This document shows, piece by piece, positions 1 through 10,597 of a DNA stretch of 43,569 nucleotides. A program made the position numbers and the translations under genes. How positions within the stretch are numbered: position 1 is the first letter of the stretch; every line of letters starts with the position of its first letter. The DNA lies in contig JANYFH010000073.1 of assembly GCA_025362705.1 (NCBI GenBank), forward strand, positions 1 to 43,569, in the 5' to 3' direction. The DNA is from Betaproteobacteria bacterium (GTDB taxonomy: Bacteria; Pseudomonadota; Gammaproteobacteria; Burkholderiales; Usitatibacteraceae). The notes under the pieces are model-generated. The model was not told where the DNA came from and did no database searches. It was given only the letters and a program-made list of their open reading frames with translations.

Positions 1-2595
1 TGCAGCGAACGTGGCGTCACCCAATTTCCTGTTCGCGACGATAAACACGTCTTCCGCGCGTTGCCCGAGCGTGGTGATGCGCGCATCTTGCAGATTGACG
101 TCGAAGGCCAGAAACACCCGCGCCATTGACGACAGCAATCCGGGCCGATCGGCGCAACTGACGTTCAGTTCAAAAGACCGCTTTTGTCGTGCGGGCGTTA
201 GCGAAACCGTGGGCGCAAACGGGAAGTGCTTGACCTGACGTGCGACGCGTCCCGAGTGCGGCGATTGCTGCATGGCAGGGTCATCGAGGGCACGCGCGAG
301 ACCGCGCTCAATCGTGGCGGCGATGTCCTTGTAGCGCGAAGTAGCACCAGACTTCGGCAGAATCTGGAATGCATCCAGTGCGTATTTGTGATTGGTGGTG
401 TAGATCTTGGCCGCAGCGATATCGAAGGCAAGCTTGTCGAAGTAGCCGGTGATGCGCGCAAACAAGCCGGGCTGATCCGGCGTCATGACCATCACGGCGA
501 ATCCTTCCTGATCAGCGTCGTTAGCTTCATCGAGGGCACGTACTCGCACAATCGCCGCTGCGGGTGATGCATCGGCGTCGAGCACCCGCGCATGCCACGC
601 CATTTCGGCGGGCTCGAAACGCTGAAAATAACTGTCTCTCACATGAGCCCACAGCGGTGGCTTTTCGTGAACGCTGTCGCTTTGGCGATACAGTGCCAGC
701 GCATCGGTGCGCTTGTTTTCAATCCAGTGTTCGTTCGGCACAGCATCGCCGCGCAGTAATTTACGGGTGGCGCGAAACAGTTGCTCGAGCAGCTTTGCTT
801 TCCACGCGTTCCACACATGCGGGCTGGTGCCGCGCACGTCAGCGACGGTGAGCAAATACAGGGCGATCAAGCGGCGCTCGTCACCCACGCGCTTCGCAAA
901 ATGGGCAATCACCTCAGGGTCTGACAAGTCCTGCTTCTGCGCTGCAGCCGACATCTGCAAATGCATTTCCACCAGCCACGCGACAAGCTCGGTATCGGCT
1001 TTCGAGACCAGCAGTTTTTTGCAAAACAGTCGCGCATCTTTTTTGCCCAGCGCGGAATGGTCGCCGCCACGGCCCTTGGCGATATCGTGAAAGAGGGCGG
1101 CGAGATAGAGCACTTCGGGCCGCGCAAAATCGCGTGCGAGTTCGTGACAGAACGGAAATTCGTGAGTGAATCGCGGCAATACCAGCCTTCGCAAATTGCG
1201 AATCACCATGAGGATATGTTCATCGACCGTGTAAACGTGGAACAGGTCATGCTGCATCTGTCCGGAAATGCGGCCAAAGGCGGGGATGTAGCGGCCGAGC
1301 ACGCCGTAACGGCTCATGCGGCGCAGTGTGAAGGTGACTTTTTCGCTCTGCAGTATTTTCAGGAACAAGCGATTTGCTTCAGCGTCTTCGCGAAATTTCT
1401 TGTCGATCAAGTGCACGGATCGCCACAGCGCACGCAATGTTTCCGGCTCGAAGAATTCTGCGTCCCTGACACTCTGCAAGGCGAGAAAAGCGCGGAAAAT
1501 GGCGCGCGGATCGCGTTTGAAAATCTTTGCGTCGCGTGCTGCGATGTTGCCGTTGACGACATCGAATTCATCGTCGATTTTTTTGATTTCATCCTTGCGA
1601 CGCAGCGAGATGCGTTCAAGCAGTGTTGGCAGCATGATCGAATTCATTTGCCAGATCGCTTTTGCCGTGAGGTAGTAACGGCGCATAAGCACTTCGGAAG
1701 GCAGCTTGTTTTTGCCGCCTTCGAGTTTCAATTCCTTCGCAAGCTCGGTTTGATAGTCAAACACGAGCCTGTCTTCGCGTCGCTTTGCCAAGTAATGAAG
1801 GCGGATGCGGATATCGATCAGAACGTGTCGGTGATGGCTGATCATCTTCAATTCGTAAGGCGTGATCAGTCCCTCGGTTTGGAGCGCATTCCAGTCGTCG
1901 CCCAGATCGGCCGCTTTGGCAAGCCAGAGCACCGTTTGCAAATCGCGCAGGCCTCCCGGGCTGTCCTTGATGTTTGGTTCGAGGTTGAGGGCAACGTCAT
2001 GGTGGCGCGCGTGGCGGCGTTTTTGTTCCTCGATTTTCGCGGCAAAAAATGCGCTGACTGATCGCGATTTTTTGAGTGCGCGCCGAAGTTGCTCCACCAA
2101 ATCCAGATCGCCCCACACGCCGCGCATTTCCAAGAGCCCCGTGTCTACCGTGACATCCTTGACCGCTTCTTCAACGCATTCCGCGAGCGTGCGCACCGAG
2201 ATGCCGGGTTCAAGGCCGACATCCCATAGCAGGCTGACAAACGCCTCCACGTTGGCATCCGCCGCCGTCCCGTCTGGCAGCAGCACCAAGAGATCGACGT
2301 CTGAAGCAGGAAACAGGAATCCGCGTCCGTAGCCCCCCACGGCCACGATGGCGATATTGCCGGGTAGTACTATATCGGTGGCAATGCGCCGCACAGCATC
2401 GTCCACCACGGCTGCGTGGCGGCGCAGATTGCGATCTGGCTGCGGACGTTTCTGGTAAGCGCTTTTCAGTGCATCGCGCTGACCCAGTAACCAATCGCGA
2501 ATGTACTTTACATAAGCGGCTCGGGTGAGTGCGGTGCGCTCGTCTTTGCGGTTACCGACAGATGTGACGGCCACGGTGGCTGCGCGAGAAACCAC
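1..2595 (-). CDS. glnD: [Protein-PII] uridylyltransferase/uridylyl-removing enzyme GlnD; C-terminal end runs off the left window edge
   Basis: Absent from the ORF track because it has no in-window stop. The minus-strand frame is open from GTG at 2595 (in-frame TAA at 2607-2605 just upstream) down to base 1. My translation contains IAIVAVGGYGRGFLFPASDVDLLVLLPDG (GlnD nucleotidyltransferase motif) near the N-terminus and RAEDVFIVANRKLGDATFAA (ACT-domain-like) at the edge. It lies directly downstream of map. The plus-strand ORF 961-2061 is its antisense shadow. Confidence 0.9.
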   Translation of the reverse strand, partial: MVSRAATVAVTSVGNRKDERTALTRAAYVKYIRDWLLGQRDALKSAYQKRPQPDRNLRRHAAVVDDAVRRIATDIVLPGNIAIVAVGGYGRGFLFPASDVDLLVLLPDGTAADANVEAFVSLLWDVGLEPGISVRTLAECVEEAVKDVTVDTGLLEMRGVWGDLDLVEQLRRALKKSRSVSAFFAAKIEEQKRRHARHHDVALNLEPNIKDSPGGLRDLQTVLWLAKAADLGDDWNALQTEGLITPYELKMISHHRHVLIDIRIRLHYLAKRREDRLVFDYQTELAKELKLEGGKNKLPSEVLMRRYYLTAKAIWQMNSIMLPTLLERISLRRKDEIKKIDDEFDVVNGNIAARDAKIFKRDPRAIFRAFLALQSVRDAEFFEPETLRALWRSVHLIDKKFREDAEANRLFLKILQSEKVTFTLRRMSRYGVLGRYIPAFGRISGQMQHDLFHVYTVDEHILMVIRNLRRLVLPRFTHEFPFCHELARDFARPEVLYLAALFHDIAKGRGGDHSALGKKDARLFCKKLLVSKADTELVAWLVEMHLQMSAAAQKQDLSDPEVIAHFAKRVGDERRLIALYLLTVADVRGTSPHVWNAWKAKLLEQLFRATRKLLRGDAVPNEHWIENKRTDALALYRQSDSVHEKPPLWAHVRDSYFQRFEPAEMAWHARVLDADASPAAAIVRVRALDEANDADQEGFAVMVMTPDQPGLFARITGYFDKLAFDIAAAKIYTTNHKYALDAFQILPKSGATSRYKDIAATIERGLARALDDPAMQQSPHSGRVARQVKHFPFAPTVSLTPARQKRSFELNVSCADRPGLLSSMARVFLAFDVNLQDARITTLGQRAEDVFIVANRKLGDATFAA

Positions 2596-2615
2596 GATCA
2601 GCTTTTAGTGGCGGG

Positions 2616-3416
2616 TCAGGAAAGATTCGCGGGCATCGGTGGCGTGCCAGCCGATTGCGTCAATACTTCAAATCCGTCCTCGGTCACCAGCACCGTATGT
2701 TCCCATTGCGCCGACAGGCTATGGTCGGCGGTTACAACGGTCCAGCCATCGCCCAGCATACGGATATCGCGTTTGCCTGCATTGATCATCGGCTCGACGG
2801 TAAAAATCATGCCGGCCTTCAGCGTCATGCCGGTACCCGCTTTACCGTAATGCAAGATCTGCGGATCCTCGTGAAATTTTTTGCCGATACCGTGGCCGCA
2901 GAATTCGCGCACGATCGAAAAACCATTGCCTTCAGCGAACACCTGGATGGCATTGCCAATATCACCGAGTGTCGCGCCTGGTTTTACCTTGCTGATACCG
3001 CGCCACATCGATTCATAGGTGCTCTCACAGAGGCGCTTTGCCTGAATGGACGGCTCGCCGATATAAAACATACGACTGGTGTCGCCGTGGTAACCATCCT
3101 TGATGACAGTAATGTCAATATTGATCACGTCGCCCTGCTTCAACACCTTGTCGCCGGGAATGCCGTGGCAGACCTGATGATTGACCGATGTGCAGATTGA
3201 TTTTGGATACGGCCGATGTCCGGGCGGTGCGTAATTGAGCGGCGCGGGAATCGTGCCCTGCACATTGACGATGTAATCGTGGCAAAGCTGGTCGAGTTTC
3301 TCTGTCGTCACGCCTTGTTTGACGTATGGCGTAATGAAGTCGAGCACTTCCGAGGCGAGGCGACCAGCCACGCGCATTTTTTCGATGTCTTGGGGAGTTT
3401 TGAGAGAGACGTTCAC
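2616..3416 (-). CDS. map: Methionine aminopeptidase, type I
   Basis: 266-aa ORF with typical MAP I sequence (VCHGIP, DGYHGDTSRMF, EFCGHGIG, FTVEPM, QWEHTV metal-ligand contexts). Adjacent to glnD and divergent from rpsB, as is usual. Confidence 0.95.
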   Translation of the reverse strand: MNVSLKTPQDIEKMRVAGRLASEVLDFITPYVKQGVTTEKLDQLCHDYIVNVQGTIPAPLNYAPPGHRPYPKSICTSVNHQVCHGIPGDKVLKQGDVINIDITVIKDGYHGDTSRMFYIGEPSIQAKRLCESTYESMWRGISKVKPGATLGDIGNAIQVFAEGNGFSIVREFCGHGIGKKFHEDPQILHYGKAGTGMTLKAGMIFTVEPMINAGKRDIRMLGDGWTVVTADHSLSAQWEHTVLVTEDGFEVLTQSAGTPPMPANLS

Positions 3417-3482
3417 AATTTAATTTCAATGCCAAAAATAGGAAACTCTGACTTATTCGCTTTCGAGTTAAGTTGCGTTGAG

Positions 3483-3564
3483 ATTGGGGCATATGCAAGG
3501 CGCGCGACGAAGGTGCGTTGCCTTGGCTACCGCACGAGGAGTGCAACGCCGCAGATGCCCCAAT
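3483..3564. repeat. Long imperfect inverted repeat / structured intergenic element
   Basis: ATTGGGGCAT (3483-3492) is the exact reverse complement of ATGCCCCAAT (3555-3564). Inside it, GCGTTGC pairs with GCAACGC, and there are alternative 5-bp pairings. It lies between the orphan membrane gene stop and the map start. Confidence 0.5.
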
Positions 3565-3640
3565 ATCGATGCAAGATAACCGAAATGGAATAAATCAGAG
3601 CTTCCGAAGGCCGAAGTATAGCCGGGAGAGGCGTTCGGCG

Positions 3641-4159
3641 CTATGGCTTGACCGTCATTGTTGCCAGTTCGAGCTTGCGCGCATGTTGTTTGTAGACCTC
3701 GCGTTGTAGCCACATCAGCATTCGTTTGGATTCGTAATGCGTACTTTTTTGTAGCACCTTCGCGGCCCCGACCGGCGAGAATCCATGGAAATTGGTATCG
3801 TCGATGGCACCATATTCGAGGGCATCGTAATGGCCGACAAGCAACAGCGACGGCTTTTCGCCGATCACCCGCAGCAAATCTGTGTCCACCACCCAAAGTT
3901 CGCGCCCAACTTCAACCATGCGAATTTGCGTGCCGGCGAATTCGTAGTAGTTGCCATGCCATTCGGCGTAGGGCTGCTTCTTGGCCCAATGCAGCCATGC
4001 CCCGCCTGCTTCGATAATTGGTTTTGCAAGCAAAACGCCGGCAATCGGGATGGCAAGTATGAAAAAGATCATTCCCAGATAATGGAAGACCGTCCACAGG
4101 ATCGCAGCCGACAGTGCAAGGCGGATGGCAAACAACAGGGCGATGCGCCAACTTTCCAT
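3641..4159 (-). CDS. Hypothetical membrane protein (two N-terminal hydrophobic helices plus a soluble C-terminal domain), family not recognised
   Basis: 172-aa ORF. The N-terminus WRIALLFAIRLALSAAILWTVFHYLGMIFFILAIPIAGVLLA is strongly hydrophobic. No competing ORF explains the region. It is divergent from rpsB. Confidence 0.6.
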   Translation of the reverse strand: MESWRIALLFAIRLALSAAILWTVFHYLGMIFFILAIPIAGVLLAKPIIEAGGAWLHWAKKQPYAEWHGNYYEFAGTQIRMVEVGRELWVVDTDLLRVIGEKPSLLLVGHYDALEYGAIDDTNFHGFSPVGAAKVLQKSTHYESKRMLMWLQREVYKQHARKLELATMTVKP

Positions 4160-4166
4160 AATGTAT

Positions 4167-4196
4167 TTGATTTCTTTCGATATTTTGGGCTATACT
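4167..4196 (+). promoter_or_regulatory. Putative sigma70 promoter for rpsB-tsf
   Basis: TTGATT (4167-4172), an 18-nt spacer, then TATACT (4191-4196), about 145 nt upstream of the rpsB ATG. This would leave a long leader. Confidence 0.4.
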
Positions 4197-4339
4197 AACG
4201 GACTGTTTCGATTCAAATTCACATTGATTTTTTGGATCGGGCAAATTCGCACCCTTGCACCGTTAAGGTCTTTCCCGGTGATGAAAAAGCCATGAAAGTC
4301 TTGCGAGGGGAGGCTAACCTTAACTTTTTGGAGTTTTTC

Positions 4340-5083
4340 ATGTCGGTAACCATGCGTCAAATGTTGGAGGCGGGCGTCCACTTCGGACACCAGACCCGTT
4401 TCTGGAATCCCAAGATGGCACCATACATTTTCGGTGCCCGCAACAAAATCCATATTATCAATCTTGAAAAGTCGCTGCCGATGTATCAGGACGCGCTCAA
4501 GTTTGTGCGTCAACTCGCGTCCAAGAAAGGCACCATTCTGTTCGTAGGCACCAAGCGTCAAGCCCGCGAAATCGTGCTGGAAGAGGCGCAGCGTGCTGGG
4601 ATGCCCTATGTCGACTTCCGCTGGTTGGGCGGCATGCTCACCAATTACAAAACGGTGAAGGGCTCGATCAAGCGCCTCAAGGAACTTGAAGCGATGGCCG
4701 AAGATGGCTCACTCGAAAAATTGTCAAAAAAAGAAGCCTTGATGTATTCGCGCGAAATGGAAAAACTCCAGCGTTCGATGGGTGGTATCAAGGAAATGGG
4801 CGGCGTACCAGACGCGATTTTTGTCATTGACGTCGGCTACCACAAGATTGCAGTTACCGAAGCGAGGAAACTCGGCGTGCCGATTATCGGTGTGGTTGAT
4901 ACCAATAATTCGCTCGACGGCGTGGACTATGTGATTCCGGGAAATGACGACTCGACTCGTGCGATCCGCTTGTACGCACGCGGTGTGGCCGACGCGATTC
5001 TCGAAGGCAAGAACACGGTGATACAGGAAATGATTGCTCCCGCGGAGGGACTCGTGGAAGTCACCGAGGAGGAAGCGAAGTAA
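4340..5083 (+). CDS. rpsB: 30S ribosomal protein S2
   Basis: [26 protein letters not shown] is the canonical S2 N-terminus. GGAG lies 6-7 nt upstream of the ATG at 4340. The ORF-track start at 4232 is an upstream in-frame extension. Confidence 0.97.
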   Translation: MSVTMRQMLEAGVHFGHQTRFWNPKMAPYIFGARNKIHIINLEKSLPMYQDALKFVRQLASKKGTILFVGTKRQAREIVLEEAQRAGMPYVDFRWLGGMLTNYKTVKGSIKRLKELEAMAEDGSLEKLSKKEALMYSREMEKLQRSMGGIKEMGGVPDAIFVIDVGYHKIAVTEARKLGVPIIGVVDTNNSLDGVDYVIPGNDDSTRAIRLYARGVADAILEGKNTVIQEMIAPAEGLVEVTEEEAK

Positions 5084-5098
5084 GTTCTGAAATCGGAT

Positions 5099-5124
5099 AA
5101 AAGGGGCTCCGGCCCCTTTTTTTT
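5099..5124 (+). terminator. Rho-independent terminator/attenuator after rpsB
   Basis: GGGGC-TCCG-GCCCC hairpin (5103-5116), flanked by an A-run and followed by T8 (5117-5124). Confidence 0.8.
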
Positions 5125-5231
5125 AAGTTGCAGTTTTTGTAATTAAGAAATCAAAAAGGTTGTATCGCTGACACTGGGGCCGTTTAGGCTTTATTGCGCG
5201 AACGACCTTGTTAACAGGATAGGAAACGGAA

Positions 5232-6119
5232 ATGGCAGAGATTACGGCAGCAATGGTCAAAGAATTGCGCGAGAAAACCGACGCGCCGATGATGGAATGC
5301 AAAAAGGCGCTCACCGAAGCCGGTGGTGACCTGGAAAAAGCGGAAGAAATTCTGCGCGTGAAATTGGGAAACAAAGCTAGCAAAGCGGCCAGCCGTGTGG
5401 CGGCCGAAGGTGTGGTGGCGATTCATATTTCCGTTGACCAAAAACTGGGTGCAATAGTTGAAGTGAATTGCGAAACCGATTTCGTGGCCAAGAACGATGA
5501 CTTCCTCGCCTTATCGGTGAAACTCGCAGAAATGGTGGCGACGCAGAGTCCTGCTGACGTGGCCGCACTTTCAGCGCTGACTATCGGCGGTACCACGGTC
5601 GAAGAAACCCGCCGGGCGCTGGTTGGCAAGATCGGTGAAAACTTGTCGATCCGCCGCTTCGTGCGCATCGCGGCCAAGGGTGCACTGAACAACTATATTC
5701 ACGGCGGTGCAAAAGTTGGCGTGTTGGTCGACATCACCGGTGGCGACGCGACGCTTGCAAAAGATGTGTCGATGCATATCGCGGCCTCAAAGCCAAAATC
5801 ACTCGACTCGAGTGGTGTGCCTGCGGAAGACATCGCCAAAGAGCGCGCGGTTGCAGCAGGTAAAGCGGCCGAATCCGGCAAACCACCAGAAATTGTGACC
5901 AAAATGGTTGAGGGTTCCATCGCCAAGTATTTGAAAGAAGTTTCGCTTTTGAGCCAGCCGTTTGTGAAGGACGACAAGATGACGATTGAGGCGCTTCTGA
6001 AGTCCAAAGGCGCAGTTATCAATGCGTTCACGCTGTACGTCGTTGGCGAAGGTATTGAAAAGAAAGTGACGGATTTTGCGGCAGAAGTTGCTGAAGCAGC
6101 AGCGGCAGCCGCGCGATAA
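5232..6119 (+). CDS. tsf: Translation elongation factor Ts
   Basis: 295 aa. The N-terminus [37 protein letters not shown] is the canonical EF-Ts UBA-like start. It follows rpsB. Confidence 0.97.
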   Translation: MAEITAAMVKELREKTDAPMMECKKALTEAGGDLEKAEEILRVKLGNKASKAASRVAAEGVVAIHISVDQKLGAIVEVNCETDFVAKNDDFLALSVKLAEMVATQSPADVAALSALTIGGTTVEETRRALVGKIGENLSIRRFVRIAAKGALNNYIHGGAKVGVLVDITGGDATLAKDVSMHIAASKPKSLDSSGVPAEDIAKERAVAAGKAAESGKPPEIVTKMVEGSIAKYLKEVSLLSQPFVKDDKMTIEALLKSKGAVINAFTLYVVGEGIEKKVTDFAAEVAEAAAAAAR

Positions 6120-6129
6120 GCAGTGTTTT

Positions 6130-6165
6130 CGGGGAAGCGCAAATACGCTTCCCCGGTTTGTATTA
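6130..6165 (+). terminator. Rho-independent terminator after tsf
   Basis: 10-bp stem CGGGGAAGCG (6130-6139) / CGCTTCCCCG (6146-6155) with a 6-nt loop, followed by GTTTGTATT. Confidence 0.7.
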
Positions 6166-6233
6166 CCTGATGTTTTTTTGACTGATTGCAGACACAATCC
6201 GCGATCAAACTTGAGAAAATTGCCCTCACCCCG

Positions 6234-6282
6234 GCCCTCTCCCGCAGAGAGGGCGAGAACGGCGGGCCGGTTGCAAACCGGC
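6234..6282. repeat. Two adjacent GC-rich hairpins (REP-like) upstream of pyrH
   Basis: GCCCTCTC (6234-6241) / GAGAGGGC (6247-6254) with a 5-nt loop. GCCGGTT (6266-6272) / AACCGGC (6276-6282) with a 3-nt loop. Confidence 0.5.
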
Positions 6283-6307
6283 ACCGAATAATACGAAAGG
6301 ACGAGTG

Positions 6308-7024
6308 ATGACGACACCTAAATATCAAAGAATCCTCCTCAAGTTGTCCGGCGAAGCACTGATGGGCGACGACGTGTTCGGCATTAACCGGCCGACCATC
6401 GAGCGCATCGTTGGTGAAATCAAGGAGGTTGTCGATATGGGTGTGGCCGTCGGAATCGTCATCGGCGGCGGCAATATTTTCCGCGGCGTATCGACGAGTG
6501 CGGCGGGCATGGATCGCGCCACGGCCGACTACATGGGCATGCTGGCGACGGTCATCAATTCGCTTGCGTTGCAGGATGCGCTTTCAAAAGCGGGCATGAT
6601 TCCCCGTGTGCAATCGGCCATCAATATCGAGCCGGTAGTTGAACCGTACATTCGCGGTAAAACCATGCGCTATCTCGAAGAAGGCAAGGTGGTTGTTTTT
6701 GCCGCCGGTACCGGCAACCCGTTCTTCACCACCGATACCGCCGCCGCATTGCGTGGCCGCGAGATGGAAGCCGAAATCGTGTTGAAGGCGACCAAGGTCG
6801 ATGGCGTCTACACGGCAGACCCGAAGACAGACAAGACGGCGACGCGTTATCATCAGCTCACGTTTGATGAGGTCATGATCAAGAACTTGAAGGTGATGGA
6901 CGCTACCGCAATTGCGCTCTGCCGCGATCAGAAGTTGCCGATCAACGTGTTTTCGATCTTTAAGGTCGGTGCGCTCAGGCGAGTCGTGATGGGCGAAGAT
7001 GAAGGTACACTTGTACACGCTTGA
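6308..7024 (+). CDS. pyrH: UMP kinase
   Basis: [15 protein letters not shown] and [13 protein letters not shown] are typical PyrH. ATG 6308 is preferred over GTG 6305 because of AGGA spacing. Confidence 0.96.
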   Translation: MTTPKYQRILLKLSGEALMGDDVFGINRPTIERIVGEIKEVVDMGVAVGIVIGGGNIFRGVSTSAAGMDRATADYMGMLATVINSLALQDALSKAGMIPRVQSAINIEPVVEPYIRGKTMRYLEEGKVVVFAAGTGNPFFTTDTAAALRGREMEAEIVLKATKVDGVYTADPKTDKTATRYHQLTFDEVMIKNLKVMDATAIALCRDQKLPINVFSIFKVGALRRVVMGEDEGTLVHA

Positions 7025-7045
7025 GCGTTTTAGTGGAGTGAGCGC

Positions 7046-7606
7046 ATGAACGTCGCAGACTTGAAAAAGCAGTGCGAGCAAAAAATGGGGAAATCGCTCG
7101 ATACGTTGAAAAACGATCTTGCCAAAGTGCGTACGGGTCGTGCCCATACCGGGCTGCTTGATCACATTCAGGTCGATTACTACGGAACCATGATGGGCCT
7201 GAAGCAGGTGGCGAACGTGACACTGACAGATGCACGAACCATCACAGTGCAGCCGTGGGAAAAAAAACTCGCGGCCAACATCGAAAAAGCGATTCGCGAC
7301 TCGGGACTTGGCCTGAATCCAACTTCTGCGGGAGACTCAATACGTGTGCCGATGCCGCCGCTGACTGAAGAGCGACGCAAGGAACTTGCCAAGGTCGTCA
7401 AGAGTGACGGTGAGCATGCGAAGGTTGCTGTCCGCAATATCCGCCGCGATGCCAACACAGCGCTTAAAGATGCGCTTAAGGCAAAAACAATACCTGAAGA
7501 CGACGAAAAGCGTGCGCAGGACGACGTGCAGAAGTTGACCGATCGTTTCATCAAAGAGATTGACCACGCGGTTGCTGAAAAGGAAAAAGAGTTGATGTCG
7601 GTTTAG
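7046..7606 (+). CDS. frr: Ribosome recycling factor
   Basis: 186 aa. [27 protein letters not shown] and [11 protein letters not shown] are canonical RRF. Confidence 0.97.
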   Translation: MNVADLKKQCEQKMGKSLDTLKNDLAKVRTGRAHTGLLDHIQVDYYGTMMGLKQVANVTLTDARTITVQPWEKKLAANIEKAIRDSGLGLNPTSAGDSIRVPMPPLTEERRKELAKVVKSDGEHAKVAVRNIRRDANTALKDALKAKTIPEDDEKRAQDDVQKLTDRFIKEIDHAVAEKEKELMSV

Positions 7607-7619
7607 GCCGACACCACTT

Positions 7620-8456
7620 TTGCATTGCACCGTGTATAAGAGTTCCACTCAATCCATTCCCGAGGTAAGCGATGTGCCTCGTCATGTCGCCATCATCATG
7701 GACGGCAATGGCCGATGGGCCAAGCAACGATTCATGCCGCGTGTCGCAGGGCACAAGCGCGGTGTGAGCGCGGTGCGCGAAACGGTCAAGGCTTGCGGTG
7801 ATCTGGGCATTGAGTATCTGACGTTGTTTGCGTTCTCCAGCGAGAACTGGCGCCGTCCTGCCGATGAAGTTTCGGTACTCATGCAATTGTTCGTGGGGGC
7901 ACTTGAAAACGAAGTTGCCAAATTGAACGACAACAAAGTCCGTTTCAAGGTAGTCGGCGATTTGGCACCCTTCGATGCACGTATCCGTGAACTGATTGCA
8001 AGGGGCGAAGATCTCACCAAAGATCACACCAAGCTCACCTTGACAGTGGCGGCCAACTACGGCGGGCGCTGGGATATTTTGCAGGCAGCCAATCGGGCGC
8101 AAAAGGAAAAACTCCAGCAAACACGGGCTTCGCAGGCGATAGATGCTCCGGAAGCCTCGCCAATACTAGAGTTTGCCGAAATTACCGAAACAGAGCTGGC
8201 ACAGCATCTCTCCATGGCTTATGCGCCAGAACCGGATCTTTTCATTCGCACCGGCGGCGAGGAGCGCATCAGCAATTTTCTGCTCTGGCAGTTGGCGTAC
8301 ACCGAATTTCATTTCACCCAGGAACTCTGGCCGGACTTCGGTCGTGAGAGCCTGTTGAAGGCGATCGATTCCTATCGCCAACGCGAACGGCGATTCGGCC
8401 GCACCAGCGAGCAATTGGTGTCGTCCAAAACGACCGCCGATGCCAACGTCGCGTAG
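7620..8456 (+). CDS. uppS: Ditrans,polycis-undecaprenyl-diphosphate synthase
   Basis: [29 protein letters not shown] and [21 protein letters not shown] motifs. The start is uncertain: TTG 7620 or GTG 7632. Confidence 0.93.
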   Translation: MHCTVYKSSTQSIPEVSDVPRHVAIIMDGNGRWAKQRFMPRVAGHKRGVSAVRETVKACGDLGIEYLTLFAFSSENWRRPADEVSVLMQLFVGALENEVAKLNDNKVRFKVVGDLAPFDARIRELIARGEDLTKDHTKLTLTVAANYGGRWDILQAANRAQKEKLQQTRASQAIDAPEASPILEFAEITETELAQHLSMAYAPEPDLFIRTGGEERISNFLLWQLAYTEFHFTQELWPDFGRESLLKAIDSYRQRERRFGRTSEQLVSSKTTADANVA

Positions 8457-8502
8457 CATTATCCCAATCGTCAACATCAGGCCGTAACCGCCTCCGACCA
8501 CC

Positions 8503-9360
8503 GTGCTCAAGACACGCGTCATCACCGCGCTCGTGATTTTGCCGATCATCCTGATCGCGCTGTTTCTGTTCCCGGACTGGGCATGGGGCGTGTTCGCTTC
8601 CGGCATTGCGGTTGTCGCCTGCTGGGAGTGGAGCAGGTTTTGCCAGCTTTCCGTTTTTGGTTCCCGCGCTTATTTGACGTTTTCGCTAGCCCTTTGCGGA
8701 CTGATTTTTCTCGTCTACTTTCAGGGGCAGCTATGCGGCATACGCTTTGCCTCGATCGCATTGGCAGGTTTTATCGTCGCGGCGCTGTTTTGGTTGTTCG
8801 CGGTGCCGGTGTGGCTATTGAAGTTATGGCGACCGGCAAACCGCTGGTGGAATGCACTCGCTGGTGGGGTCGTGGTGATTCCGACCTTGCTGGCACTGCT
8901 TTTTTTGCGCGACGTCAGCCCCTGGTTGCTGCTGACGTTCGCCGCCATCGTATGGGTCGCGGACATCGCTGCCTACTTTATTGGCAAGCGTTTTGGCAAA
9001 AACAAACTTGCGTTAGCAATCAGCCCGGGCAAGACAGTCGAAGGCGCACTCGGCGGCATCGCTGGCGTGGCCGCGTATTTTTTCCTCTGGCAATTCCTGG
9101 TTGCGAATAGTTTTGTTGGTCAACATACGTGGTCGCAAGAATTGCGATCCAATCTTGTTGTCCTGTTTGTTTTTTTTGGGCTGCTGGCAGTTGCCTCGGT
9201 GATCGGTGATCTGTTTGAATCATGGATGAAGCGCGGTGCGGGGATGAAAGATTCCAGTAGTCTTCTGCCTGGACACGGCGGGATTCTTGATCGTATTGAT
9301 GCCTTGACGTCAACTTTGCCGCTTGCTGGTTTGTTTGTGCTCGTGCAAGCGGGGGGTTGA
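8503..9360 (+). CDS. cdsA: Phosphatidate cytidylyltransferase
   Basis: Polytopic membrane ORF with the CdsA signature [29 protein letters not shown] near the C-terminus. GTG start. Confidence 0.93.
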   Translation: MLKTRVITALVILPIILIALFLFPDWAWGVFASGIAVVACWEWSRFCQLSVFGSRAYLTFSLALCGLIFLVYFQGQLCGIRFASIALAGFIVAALFWLFAVPVWLLKLWRPANRWWNALAGGVVVIPTLLALLFLRDVSPWLLLTFAAIVWVADIAAYFIGKRFGKNKLALAISPGKTVEGALGGIAGVAAYFFLWQFLVANSFVGQHTWSQELRSNLVVLFVFFGLLAVASVIGDLFESWMKRGAGMKDSSSLLPGHGGILDRIDALTSTLPLAGLFVLVQAGG

Positions 9361-9364
9361 GAGC

Positions 9365-10570
9365 GTGAAAATCAGAAACGTCACCGTCCTCGGCTCCACC
9401 GGTTCTATCGGTGTCAGTACGCTCGATGTAATTGCGCGGCACCCTGATCGCTTTCGCGTTTTTGCTTTATCCGCGTCCTCACGTGTCGAAGAACTCGCAT
9501 TGCAATGCGAAAAATTTCACCCACGCTATGCCGTTATTGCGGACGAGACTTGTGCCGACGCGCTACGCGTGCGCCTGAAGAGGGCAACTTGTGACACGGA
9601 AGTGTTGGCAGGTGAAAGTGCTCTCTCCGAAATTGCTGCGCATGCCGACACTGATGTTGTGATGGCGGCTATCGTCGGTGCTGCCGGTTTGCCCTCGTCG
9701 CTCGCTGCTGCGCGCGCGGGCAAAACTGTGCTGCTCGCCAACAAGGAAGCATTGGTGATGGCAGGGCAAATTTTTATGAATGCGGTAATCGAGAATGGCG
9801 CGACACTGTCGCCAATCGATAGTGAGCACAACGCGATCTTTCAATCGTTACCACGCAATTTTGGCGATGGTCTAACAAAAGTCGGCGTACGCAAAATCAT
9901 ACTTACCGCATCCGGCGGGCCATTTCGCACACGGTCGATCAACGAGCTACACGACGTCACACCGGATCAGGCGTGTGCCCATCCGAATTGGGTGATGGGT
10001 CGAAAGATTTCTGTTGATTCGGCCACCATGATGAATAAAGGACTCGAAGTCATTGAGGCGCATTGGTTATTCGATGCACCTGCGGAAATGATTGAGGTTG
10101 TGGTTCATCCGCAGAGCATCGTGCATTCAATGGTCGAATATCTTGATGGCTCAGTGATGGCGCAACTGGGCAACCCCGATATGCGCACGCCGATTGCGTA
10201 TGGATTGGGCTTCCCCGATCGTATCAATGCCGGCGTTGGCACGCTTGACTTGGCGAAAGCGGGCAAACTCGAATTCGTCACTTTGGACGCCGAACGGTTT
10301 CCGTGCGTGCGCCTCGCGTACGAAGCGCTAAGGTTGGGCGGTACCGCACCAGCTGTACTCAATGCCGCCAACGAAGTTGCGGTCGATGCATTTTTGAGTG
10401 AAACGTTGTCGTTCACCGATATTCCGCGCGTGATTGAAGATGTTCTGCACGGTACCGCAATCACGCCTGCGACGACGTTGAGCGATATTATTGATGCCGA
10501 CTGCAATGCTCGCGTGGCGGCTCGTGAACGAATTGCGCGTTCGCCCCTCCAACGCACTGCGGCCAAATAA
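9365..10570 (+). CDS. dxr: 1-deoxy-D-xylulose 5-phosphate reductoisomerase
   Basis: [23 protein letters not shown] is an NADPH-binding N-terminus, followed by LANKEALV and [11 protein letters not shown]. The GTG at 9365 lies just after the cdsA stop. The track start 9323 would overlap cdsA. Confidence 0.95.
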   Translation: MKIRNVTVLGSTGSIGVSTLDVIARHPDRFRVFALSASSRVEELALQCEKFHPRYAVIADETCADALRVRLKRATCDTEVLAGESALSEIAAHADTDVVMAAIVGAAGLPSSLAAARAGKTVLLANKEALVMAGQIFMNAVIENGATLSPIDSEHNAIFQSLPRNFGDGLTKVGVRKIILTASGGPFRTRSINELHDVTPDQACAHPNWVMGRKISVDSATMMNKGLEVIEAHWLFDAPAEMIEVVVHPQSIVHSMVEYLDGSVMAQLGNPDMRTPIAYGLGFPDRINAGVGTLDLAKAGKLEFVTLDAERFPCVRLAYEALRLGGTAPAVLNAANEVAVDAFLSETLSFTDIPRVIEDVLHGTAITPATTLSDIIDADCNARVAARERIARSPLQRTAAK

Positions 10571-10597
10571 ACTTTTTTGCGTCAGACCTTTCCAGAT

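Noticed and set aside
961-2061. 366-aa plus-strand ORF, the longest track ORF in the first 2.6 kb
   Set aside because: Its composition (rich in F/A/R/Q/V) and lack of recognisable motifs are typical of an antisense shadow. The opposite strand carries an uninterrupted frame with clear GlnD motifs.
4232-4339. N-terminal extension of rpsB in the ORF track
   Set aside because: The canonical S2 N-terminus and a GGAG RBS occur at ATG 4340. The extension would run through the leader and promoter region.
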